Assembly: GCA_015680685.1 (NCBI GenBank)
Contig: MNCI01000811.1
Coordinates: 236,381-300,380 of the forward strand
DNA: 64,000 nt
Direction of reading: 5' to 3'
From: Gnetum montanum
Taxonomy: Eukaryota > Plantae > Gnetophyta
The position numbers were made by a program, and so were the translations under genes. How positions within the stretch are numbered: position 1 is the stretch's first letter; each line of letters starts with the position of its first letter. This document shows positions 51,406 to 63,204 of this stretch, in pieces. A model generated the notes under the pieces. It was given only the letters and a program-made list of their open reading frames with translations. It searched no databases and was not told the origin of the DNA.

Positions 51406-54288
51406 CTTCCCACACTTCCTAATTCAATATAATTCTATAACAAATAGTAGAAAAAAGAAAATAGAAAACAAGGTAAAAGAAAAAGAAATTAATAAAGTAA
51501 TGAGAACAATTTGTAACAGAAGAATAACTAATGTTTTTATACTTGGTAAACATCAAGACATTGGGTGATACTTAACTAAATTAATTTCCAAAAAAATAAT
51601 ACAAATACAAGAAACTATCACATTTAAACATTCATGAATCATTTTTTACCCACTTATTTATGTTTTATGGCACTATACCTCTCAAAAATAAGTAGACTTA
51701 TGTACTTAAAGTAGTTGCTAATGATGGAGATTCCTCATGCATTAACACAATAACCTTATCATATGGTCATGAATAATAGATATCTTAACATCTAGAATAC
51801 TTCACTACTTAATAGTTCTCTTTTTTCATTTTATTTTTCTTCACTTTCTTTTTCAAAAAATTATATTTTTAGTGATTATGGAATTCTACCATCAAAACAT
51901 GGTGGATGAATAATGTAACTTTACTCCTATGTAGTTCCATGATTATAATGAGGCAAGATTTCTATTAAAGGATCATTCTCATATTTGTACACCTATAATT
52001 GATTATGATTACTTTTTGTACTACCAATAGAACATGGTCCATAAATAATGAAAACTTTTCTCCTAGTACAAGTTCATTCCTATTCAACTCATTCCTCATA
52101 AGTACCTACATGGTTTATGTTTGATATCTCATGATGTATCTTCTCCCAATTTCCCAATTAAGAAACATTTAGAGCCTCAATTTTATCATGAAATAACATA
52201 TTAGGCTAACAATATGCCTAGCACAAATCAAAAAAGTTGACCCACTTTTCTAACTAAAAAGATAACCAAATCTATTCATGGGACAAAATGCCATCATCCA
52301 ACCATTACTTTGTTTATTTTAATACAAAATTCATAATATAAAATTTTAAATGTTTTAAAGAAATAAGATTCAAAAATTCATGCCATAGGGCAAGTCGAAC
52401 CTCCATCATTTTATCTCATTGAAGCGTAAATACCATGAAAGATATGCTACCATAAACACTACCAAAGAATGGATAACAGCAATGACCACTACCATGCATA
52501 AGTATTCATAAAAAAAATAATGTATGGCTCATAGGATCTATCATCAAATACTTGTAGAAAATTAAGCACATACAACAAAGTTATTCACCAGTCACAATAA
52601 AGAAAACGTGAAGGTAAAAAAATTTCGTAAGGATCAATTTAAAACTAGTCTGTAATTAGATTAAATTTAGCTTGCTGAGAAGGAGCATCTATTAGATTAA
52701 TCATTTCACCAACAAGGGAGGAGTCTTATCCAAAATAGTGTTTTAGCTATTGACCATTTACATGTAAGGATTAGAACTATCAAGCCTAGAAATGTCAATT
52801 GCACCATTACCTAGGAACTTAATAACCCTATAAGGTTCCTCCCATTTCAATATTAATTTCCTAGTGGAATTTTTTAGCCTCATATTAAATAATTAAACTA
52901 AATCTCCTTTTGAGAAAATCTTCCACATAATCTTCTTATCATGCCACATCTTCATCTTCTTCTTATACAACCATTGCATATCTAAAGCATGCATACGATA
53001 TTCATCCAAATGGTTCAAAGCAAATAAATGAATAAAAAGACATGTGTCCAAGTTCATTTCCAATTTATGTTGCATTTGAAAAGACTTGTTTTGTATAGAA
53101 GAAGGAATAAGACATTGCTTACCGAATACTAGTTCATATGATGTAAAGCCAACAGATGATTTATATGATGTGCAAATGGCCCATAATGCATCAAGTAAAT
53201 GATAAGACCAATTTATTTTGTTCTCTCCTACAACTTTCTACAAAATATTTTTCATTTCCTTGTTCATACTATCAACTAAACCATTTGATTAAGGATGATA
53301 GGCAGTAGCAATATGATGTGTAATGTCCATTTTATGTAACAATTTTTGCATTCTATCATTGACAAAATGGATGTCCTAATCACAAATTAAAATCCATGGG
53401 TGCTCAGAGCATGGAATTAAATCATCTCTCAAGAATCTAAACATCATTTTTGCATCATCGTGCCTAGTTTCTTTCTCCAAGATCCATTTGGTTACATAAT
53501 CAAGGGCAACTAAAATATACTTAAAAGAAAAGGATCCATGAAATCAATGTTCCAACAATCGAAGGACTCATACTCTACCAAGATAGGCAACAATGGCATG
53601 TCTTGTCATTTTGTGCGTCCTTCCATTTTCTAGCATTGATCACATCTCTTACAATATGCATAAGTATCCCTAAATAAATTAGATCAATAAAAACTATCAT
53701 GGAGGATTTTTTATGAAGTTTTCTGACTTGCAGAGTGGCCTCCACATACTCCATCATGATTTAAAGTAATTACCTCTTCTTGTTCTTATTTAGGTAGACA
53801 TTGTCAAATGACCTGATCCTTGAAAATCTTGTACATGAATGGATCTTTCCAAATGAACCATTGTACCTTGATGATGAAGGCATATTTCTATCCTTTAGTC
53901 CAAGACTTTGGTAATTTTCATACAGCTAAATAATTAGCAATATTCACATACTAAGGATCTTAAACTTTAGGAATAACAGTCCTAGCCCAACAAGAAAATA
54001 GCTACTCATCTAGAAATGCATCATTAAATGTATGAGATGTCTTCAAATATATTTTGTGCTCTAATCTAGACAACTGATATATCATTAAATATTTAGATTC
54101 TTTCTTATCATGAATCACCAAATCAAATTCTTGCAACAAAAGACACCAATGAATTAATCTAGGACTTTCAATTCATTTATTATGCAAATATTTAATAGCA
54201 ACATGATCCGTAAGTATTATAGTATGAAAACCAATTTAATAATGTTGAAATTTATCTATAATCTATATACAATAGCTAACATCTCTTT

Positions 54289-55045
54289 GAGAAGGTGATA
54301 AATAAATCATTATTGAACATACTAAAATGTTTGTGTGATAAACAGCCAAATAAGTGGAAAAAATTATTTCTATAATAATTCTTTTCATATTTCTATTGGT
54401 AAAAGTCCATTTAAGGTAAACTAGGGATTTTTTTCCAAAGATTATGGACATCTTGAAGAGCTTTAAGGTTGAAGCTCAACTTACTACTAATTTTATGCAA
54501 GAGATGAGTAATCTCCATGCATAAGTTAAATCAAACCTTGAGAAGAATGCTAAAGAGAGAATCCTCAATAGGAATGAGGGAAAACAAAAGTCAATTTAAT
54601 TTTCTATAATTTGGTTTAAGTGCACTTAAAGAGGAAACAATTGAGGGGTATCAACTTCTCAAAATTGAAAGTCAAGAAGATGGAGCTTTACAAATATAAG
54701 GCCAAGATTAATGATAATACTTTCGAGATTGATTTACTAAATTATGTTGATATGCATTGGTGTTTAATGTTTCAAATCTTGTGCACTATCATGGACCCGT
54801 TGACGAGGAGATCCTATAGAGTAACATTGACGAGTTGAAGGGGGCTATTGATTAGTCCAAGCCTTCATTAGAGAGGAAGGTAATTGTACTCAAGAAGAGG
54901 AAAGCTTCTAGCACTTAAGAAATCAAGAAGCATGAGTACTTGATCACCTCAAAGGATCAATCCATGGATGATATTGTATGGGTCAATGAGACAAAACTTC
55001 ATGAGTGGGGAATTATTCTTTCCCCTACTTCCTTGTTCACATGAG
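54289..55045 (+). pseudogene. pol: CRM-like integrase C-terminal part plus chromodomain
   Basis: EKVINKSLLNILKCLCDKQPNKW; SIGKSPFKV; KINDNTFEIDL; HEYLITSKDQSMDDIVWVNETKL (chromodomain, ~54931-55000). Confidence 0.85.
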
Positions 55046-55070
55046 TTTACTTTTTAAGGATTGGAGAACT

Positions 55071-55900
55071 TGTGTAGGAACACCTCTTCTAATCCTCTTA
55101 TTCTTTCCTATGCATGTGTTTTGTAGGTTTGAAGCTCTATGAAAACATCTTGGAGGTCAAGGAGACATATTGTATAGAAGATAGTACTTCACAAGACATG
55201 CCTGGAATAAGTAGGAGGTGTCTTTGTTAAGAATTGAGTCTTTGTAGGAGATGTATCTCTAGAGTGGAGACATCGCAGAGGAGACATTACATGGAAATAT
55301 GTCCCTACTTGAAGGAGACATCTCACTCATGAAGTAGACATCTCCCACACTCATGAGACATCTCTCCTAGAAGTTATAATTTTTTAAAAAATGACCAATA
55401 CAACCAAGAAAACTTATGAAATTGACTATTCAAATTTAGGAAACAACTGGGAGAAGATGGGAAAAAAAGAAACAACATGGAAACTTCAAGTTGAGCTTAT
55501 GGAATATTTTCTTATATTTTTATCTTATATTATTAATAAATGTGTTGGTATTTATGCTTGTACAATGGAGATACAGATAGGAGATGTCATGTCATTTCTT
55601 ATGTTGAACTTAAGTAAGAGTGAGAGAGAACACTAAGTGAGTGCATAGAGGTTGCAACTTCGAGGTTAATTGTGTTGTATGTTGGCCTATGTATTCTAGT
55701 CTTGCTTGTGTATTGAATTATCAATTCTATTTGTGGAAGAGATTCTCCATCAATTGTGTCTTGCATTGAGAACAACAATTATGTGGTTGTAGAACCTCAT
55801 GCTCTGTAGCATTTTTAGTTTTCTTAAGAGATTTGGATGTTTTGTGGGTTTTAGGAACCTTGTTGTAATCTTCTATTTAAATAATTAAAGATATCTAGTT
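55071..55900 (+). mobile_element. 3' LTR of the CRM-like element (3' end approximate)
   Basis: Follows PPT-like GGATTGGAGAACT; contains a GAGAC(A/G)TCTC array at 55160-55370. Confidence 0.55.
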
Positions 55901-57569
55901 TTCTCATTTTCTTGAAATTTAATTATTTTTTCATAATATTAAGATTTACTGTTGGAAGGTGATTTTAATATTACAGTGAACCTACTCCAATTTATATATC
56001 ACAAGTTTCAAGGAAACACAATCCAATAGTAAAATTATATTGATATATTTAAAGTGGAAAACTACGGATAATCAATACTTATTAATTATATGTTGATAAT
56101 TAAACCATAAGGTGTATATGTAACAAGTTAACTTATAGTCTTCATATCTCATCTTAAGTTGAGATTAGATAGACACACATACATATAATTGTACATCTTT
56201 TACCATTAAGACAAAGATATTTCTTCTCTATGTTCTTCACACAACATTGCTCTTCATTATAATCCTTACATCTAAAAGAATGATTCCTAACTACTTTAAA
56301 TGGTTCTAAAAACTATTAAATTATTTCTTTTTATAACATTTAATTATTTATTATTTTTAACATGTATAATTATAGCACTATTATGATAAATACATTGCAT
56401 ACACTGATAGTAATAATAACATCACTACTCATTATGAATCTTAATTTATTAAGTTCTCATCAACATTAAGCTTACAACTAACAAACCAAACATTAATAAT
56501 ATCTAGATGGATATTGACGTTATTCAATATAGCATTTAAAGACCATGGAAGCTCCTTAGCATTCATGTGATAAGCTAACATTAGATTAATATGAATATTT
56601 TTTTTCTTATAAGATTTAGAATTTTAGTAGTAAAGCCTCTATCTAGTATTTGGGAGGTTGTAGGCTTCATTTTTATCCATCATAATCATGCTAGTTTTCA
56701 TCACTATTTTAAAATAATTCAAAAGAAAGTTTAGTATCTCTCTATTATAGAGGTTATTTTCAAACTTAATAGACAAAATAACATACCAATAAACTATCAC
56801 ACTTCTTTAGTATTCAAAAATTAATGAGAAAATTAAAATTAAATAAAAATTTAATAATTAATTAAATGGAACTAATCATTGCAATGTATAAATCAAAAAT
56901 TCTAGGTGCAAATTATTGAAATTGAATTTCTGCTTTGGAGCTTATGCAAAGAGATGACTCTAAGTATCCTTCATGCTCATGATTTACAAAAAAAGAAGAA
57001 AATAGAAAATTAGTATAATCAAATGATATTTTTATTATTATTCTTCAATAAGTTTGTATTAGAGAAAATTAGAAGTTTTACATTAATATGCAATGAGACT
57101 TAAAGAAAAGACTAAGTTGTTGTGTTAGCAACTAAAATTCTCAGTGTTAAAGAAGTTACCATAGAGGATGGATTATGAAAGTGTTGCATTAGTAAAATGC
57201 TTGACTAAAGGCATATAGACAAATTTCCATGTCATTATATTGTCAAAGATGAAATGAAAGGTAAAAGTATTATGTTAACACTTCAATAAAAAATAAAGTG
57301 GATAATAAGAATAGCATCTTAATAGCTTGATATAGGTGAAGGAAGTTGTGGAAATGCCATATAAATAGTTAGAAAAAAGGTGGAGAAATAGTGAATTCCT
57401 TATGCAGACTATTTCATATCAACAGTTAGGAAAATGATGAATAATTAGTGAAATCATAATGCAAACTATTCCATAATAAAATATTAAGTAAAATAAATGC
57501 AAGGTTTATAGTCAAGAAAGAGATAAGTGAGTAGACAGAGTGTCATATCAATAATGGAGGAAGCACAAG

Positions 57570-58105
57570 TAAATGGCTAAGATGCCATGTTGATTGCTAA
57601 TCAAGGAATGGATAAGTGATGAAGGTTCCATGTTGATGATTGGATAAAGGATGAGCATGGGGTTGAAGTACTACATCAACAACCCAACATCAGGTGAGCC
57701 AATAACTAAAGCTCCACATTGACAATCTAATACGGGGCAAGTAGATGATGAAAATTTTATGTGAATTGTTGTACAAGAGATGAATGAATGGCTAAAGTAT
57801 CATGTTAACAATTAGAAAAGAAATAGGAAAGTGGCTAAAGTTTTACTTCAACAATTTATCAAAGGATGAATAACCAACTAAAGTACTACATTAAGGGTTT
57901 GCAAGAAAATGAACAGACAACTAAAGTATGACATAAATGATTTAACAAAAGATACAAGAGTGGCTAAGATGTCATTTTGATAACCTAATCAAAGACAAGA
58001 GAGAGGCCAAGATGCCATAGCCTAACAAAGGAAAAGTGATTGACTGAGATGTCATATTAGCAATTTCATAGAGGAATGATAGTTAAGGCATCACATCTTC
58101 GAGGA
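57570..58105 (+). repeat. Degenerate ~43-bp tandem array (~13 units), probably the U3 region of a decayed LTR
   Basis: Unit starts at ~57573, 57616, 57660, 57703, 57745, 57788, 57831, 57875, 57918, 57960, 58003, 58040, 58080. Core TGGCTAARRTGCCA(TG/CA)TYRAC. Confidence 0.8.
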
Positions 58106-59231
58106 TAAAATAAGAGAAATAAGAAATAGTAGAAATCTATTAAATAGTGACACATGTAAATAAGCAAAGAAAAATGCTTAACAAGAAGGAATTGGAGTAA
58201 AGGATATTAAGACAAGTAAGTAATAAATTAAGCATCATATAATGGATTATAAGCCCCATGAATTAATGAGATTAAATACTTTATAGGGGTGCAATATTGA
58301 TAGGAATTATGATGACCAAAAAGATGATAAGTGCTACATCAACAATCAAGTAATAGAAAGAATGAATTTAACTAATAATGTACCATAAATTAAAGGGACT
58401 TCATGTTCTTGGGATCATTAGAGGTAAACTTATTAATGATGAGCTATGATGATAACAAAATCTTCAAACTCCATTTTTACCTTAGTGTCTTCTTCTTATA
58501 TTAAATTTTCTATCCCTCCCCTCTAATTTCATCTCTCACACATGGGTTTTTAAACTAATCCTTACTATATGAAAAAAAATTTATCTCATAATAATTAGCT
58601 GTATATTCATTTTAAGAGTTATTTTTTGAGTTTGCGAGAATAGCATACAACACATCATATTAGCGTAACTTGTTAATAAATGTTATTAAAAGATAATGAG
58701 ATGAGTAATATTTATATTTATTGTTCATAATTCTGATAATATGTAAAATTGATATTACATTATCTTCACTGTGAAGGTAATATTTTAATCAAGAAGAGTA
58801 GTATAATTGAGGTGATTGTCTAAGGAGCATATTTATGTGTCGAAATATAATTTACAATTTATCTTCATTAAATTAGCCTCTCTAATATCTAGTTATGATG
58901 TGATTTAAAGGAAATAATTGAATATTAGAAAATAATTCAAGGAAATTTTGTAAGTTAAACATAATATTTTTTAAATACATGATATTTATAGGATCTAGAA
59001 GTTTATCATCAAATAGATTTTTGAGATGATAGATACTTAGGATAACTTTTTCCTAATAATGATAAAAGGTCCAATCCAATTTGATGCAATTTTTTATTAG
59101 GCCAAAGTTTTATCTTAGGATAAGTTCACCTTTAATATATTCTTAAAATTCTATCTTCTTATTGTCATGTCCCCATTCCCAAATGATGCTACTGCATAAC
59201 AAAGATGATGCCTCTTCATAACAAGTGTTAT

Positions 59232-59294
59232 TATTATTATAACAAGACCTAAAAGGGTAGTTGTAATTAAGACCCAAAAGGGTGCATTGTAATA
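59232..59294. repeat. Short two-copy direct repeat AAGACC(T/C)AAAAGGGT..TTGTAAT, probably within an LTR fragment
   Basis: Copies at ~59244 and ~59269. Confidence 0.6.
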
Positions 59295-59799
59295 ATAGTC
59301 ATATCTCTTAAGGTAACCTTTGGGGGTTTGACCTCAAGCATTTATACTTAGGCATAGAGGTCATGGTAAGCATGGAGTGGCAAAGCTACTACAAGCAAGT
59401 CATGAAAGTCAGGTGAAGTGGAATAGCAAGTGGACTAGCCATTCCTTCTAGTCGGTGATAGACCTAACCATGGTGGTAGTGCTAGATTGCCTCTAAGAGG
59501 ATAGATTCCGAAGGAAGAAAACCCCAAGGAACACTCTAAAATCATGATCTAGATACACTATTCCATATCAATAAAGCATTCATTTCTTTTTCTTTTTGCA
59601 TTTTCCCTATTATTTCCATTATGCATAATGGTGAATGTTACATAAATTTGACGTTTGGTATATTGTATTATTGCACATAATGTCTAATATAACATATATT
59701 TGATGTTTTCCATGACATCTAAGGATGGAATGTCACACTAATTATATGTGATGCTAAGCTTTTATTAATATTTAATGAAATGTTGTAGCACTCAAAGGT

Positions 59800-60870
59800 A
59801 TCACCCGTTGAGTAACTTGAGTTATTTAAGGTGTTTATTATATTTAGCCTTTTCATCCATGATTTGTATTATTTGGATCCTTAGTATAAGTGTTTTAATT
59901 TGTATTGGCATTATAGCTTCCATGCCGGAGATCCAAGAACAAGAAATAGCTCCTATAGAGGCCCTTTCATTGGTCTAATAGGCCTAATGAATGAAAGATA
60001 ACTATTTGTGTCAATTGTATTGGTTATTCATCATCATTTTATTTAGGAAATTTATCATGAATTTATTCATTCCTTTATTTTGATCATTTCCATATAGATA
60101 GTAGGAAGTGGAGAATATTTTTTTATTTCCCATTTTTGAAAAAATGTTGATATTTCATAGTTCTTGAATCAGAAATAATTATCAATAGTTATTTGGCTAG
60201 AAAACCATGGTGAGTGATAATAAAATGTGTTATGAATCATGTCACATAATGAGGTGTGATCCTAATCATTGGTTATGCCTTACATGATTTAATAAAATAA
60301 TCAATTGCTATGAGAATAAAAGAATGGCCTCTAGACAAATGAGGGCTTATTTTTTCAATGATGTTTAACCTTCCTAAAAAGGCCAAATGGACTACATGGT
60401 TAAAAGATTTTTATCTAAGGTGCAAATGATAGTTGCATATTGTTGATATTAAAGATAAGATTTGACATGTTCATTGGTGTCAACTTCAAGGATTGGTCAA
60501 TAATAGCCTACCCTCAAGATCCTTTTGGCTAGACACTTGCTTCCAATGAGATCACCATATAGAATATTATGGAATTTTCTTAGCATTTATAGCTTCTCTT
60601 TTCCCTATACACATCTTTTTAGAATGAAGTTAATCCTTTATGATATAAATAAGTGTTCAAAATGATAAATCATTCAGCTTTTTTTTTAATACAACCTTTT
60701 TTCAAGAGTCTATTCAAGGATAGTATTGTTCTTATTTTTTTCCTTTTTTATAAAATGTTAATAATGATTGTGCCATACTCTCTTTATTTTCTTGTTACTA
60801 ATCCCACTTGGGTTCAATTCTTTATTTACCTATATTTGATAATTGTTGGATACTCATCGAGCTAATGGTA
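59800..60870 (-). pseudogene. pol: Tat/Ogre-lineage integrase relic
   Basis: LRKFHNILYGDLIGSKCLAKRILRVGYY.P; WPF; SRGHSFILIAIDYFIKSCKA.P; AY.TNERASIGAISCSWISGMEAIMPIQI. Confidence 0.8.
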
Positions 60871-63204
60871 CATATATCATTAAAAATGAATAAATTTTGA
60901 TAATGAAAGGGCTACATTAATTTATTTTTAGTGAAAAAATGAACTTAAGGAACTATTGGTTGAACAACAATGAGGAAAGAGAAAAGTATTTTAGAGAAAA
61001 ATTTAAAATTGATTAACATTAAGAAGTAAATAAGTAATTACCTCATGAAAATAAGATGTAAAATACAATCTTGGCTAACAATTTATCCTTTTATTTGGTA
61101 TTTTGTAAATATTTTATCTTTTGAACCTTAATTAGGTCTTTGCTAATATGCTTTTTCTATTTTTTTAGTGAAAATAAGTGATAAGGAGCATCTCATCATT
61201 CTACCCTTTTTATGATACTAGATGGTGAATCCAAATGAGACTATATTTATAAATATAAGTGAAATAGTGCTTAATGATCAATTATCAAAATGGGGGATGA
61301 GAGCTTTAGGTTTTTTGGTGTTATGAAATGGATTAGGCTTAATTGAGGAAGTAAACCTAAACCCTAATCTAAGAGAGAGCAAAGGCAGCAAATCTTAAAG
61401 ATTTAAGTAATGAAATTTGTCCTTACCATGTAATCAAAGATTTCAATGATGTAAGATTGACACTATGTGAGGGTATATTTAACACCATCATAGTACCCCC
61501 CATTAGCCAATTATACTAGAGATTTGATCAATTAGCTTTAATAGAAATGACACTTTTATGAATAGAACAAGTGCATTATTTTCCATAGCAATGGATTTAA
61601 TATTTGCTTAAAAGTAAGTATGAAGTACCAAATATATGGATGGGTGTTGCCAATTGTCAAGGAAAATATATCAAGAGAAAATGAGTCAATATTTAGAGGA
61701 CAATTTTATTTTAGTAAACTTTTCAAGTTGGCTCATCAAAAGGTAACTCAAGCCTAAGAAATCTCGAATGTGTGGAACATAGAAGAAAAAATGAAAGAAT
61801 TAATTAGGTTTTATCTATGATAGGTTTTGACCATATTAATGTTTGTCATATTTTCAGGGGTAGAAATGGCGTTTGTAACAACCAAAAGAATCTATGTATG
61901 TTATATGTTGAAGAATGAGTATAAAGTTTATATGATTCTATATATAAATTCAATTTTGCAGCAGTGTCTTCAATAGCAACAAACATCTTTGTCAAAGTTT
62001 TGTATGTTGTTATTTTTAATTGATCATCTTATTATTAGTCTTTAGCCACCAAATCAAATCAAAAATATCTTACCAACAAACACTCTGAATGAAGAAGTGT
62101 ATTTGATGCCTACCCATTAATCTATAGTGTTCAACTTCTTATGTAGAGCTAGTCATGTAAGTTCATCATGTACCATTTTTTCCATTATGATATAAGTTGA
62201 TCTTTTGGAATGTCATGTCAAATGTAGTGCAAAAGATTTTCTATGAATTATTGAATGGGAAAATTCTAGGTTTCATCCATTTCACAATAATTTTGATACC
62301 ATAGGAACCTTGCTTTCAATAAAAGTTAGCACACTGTGTAAGTTCATACCTTGGCTCCTTGGAAATATATAATTTAATTTGAATGGGTATGACCAATGAA
62401 AACTACATGTTAAGTTTCTTTGATGCATCTATTCATAGTAAACTATTCATAACACAAGTCAATTAAGGACTTTCTTTAAGGGATTTGAGTCATCCAGCAT
62501 TTCACATCACAAATCAAAATGGCACGATATCCTATAATGTACAATAACCTCATAGTTACCCAAAAAAGAAGAGGATGTTTGCCAAAGGAATGAATAGATG
62601 TAAGTAGAAGGAGGAAACTTGTTAAGAACTATTTTTGGTGAGGCATCTTTTAAAAATGATTGGAAATAGCTAAAATTTTAATGATGGATTAATGACAAAA
62701 ATGAGATATTGTCATGAGGACTTACAAACATAGATCTCACCTATATATATTCCATTAGGATATATTGATCACTAGATAATGAACTAGTGATAGTGTCAGG
62801 AAATGAGATAGAGCATATTTGTGATGTTCTCAAGGATTGATGATTTTATTTGGCATGACTAAAGAAAGATTCAAAACATAAGAGTTTAGGCCTTCATAGC
62901 AACACAAAAAAGTGTTCAATGATATGTATGTTTAGTGTAACTAATCATTTAGTAAACAAGTACAGTTGCATTTCTTTATGTTTATTTCAATGTAGGAGAG
63001 AAGATTGCTAACTAATTATCATGATACTTTGAATGTGAATGTTAACTATGAGATAAGGCAACTTAGGCTTGTCTACCTCAAAGATCTTAATGGAGAGAAA
63101 AGATAAAATGTTAAAGAAGAAGCTAGAGATAACAAAAGAGAGATATTTGACTAGTTCTAAAACTAAAAAGGATCATCACCCATAGCCTCAATTCTCATCC
63201 CCAC

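Larger units (their letters stand above)
47350..54288 (-). mobile_element. Element F: 3' half of an Athila-like element (partial RNase H, integrase, accessory ORF, 3' LTR) inside the CRM integrase
   Basis: KEMLAIVY at 54288; TDHVAIKYL..RLIHWCLLLQEFDL; FDCWNIDF; ATAYHP; ALWAI; LVFGKQC; WEEPY; VNGQ.LKHY (~52735). The CRM integrase stops at 47349 and resumes at 54289. Confidence 0.85.

Noticed and set aside
56400-57000. Possible second LINE RT relic on the plus strand
   Set aside because: Only vague motif resemblance in very AT-rich sequence; not supportable without a search.
57570-58105. CRISPR-like look (conserved core with variable intervening sequence)
   Set aside because: Whole units are mutually homologous and degenerate, there are no unique spacers or cas genes, and the context is eukaryotic retrotransposon DNA.
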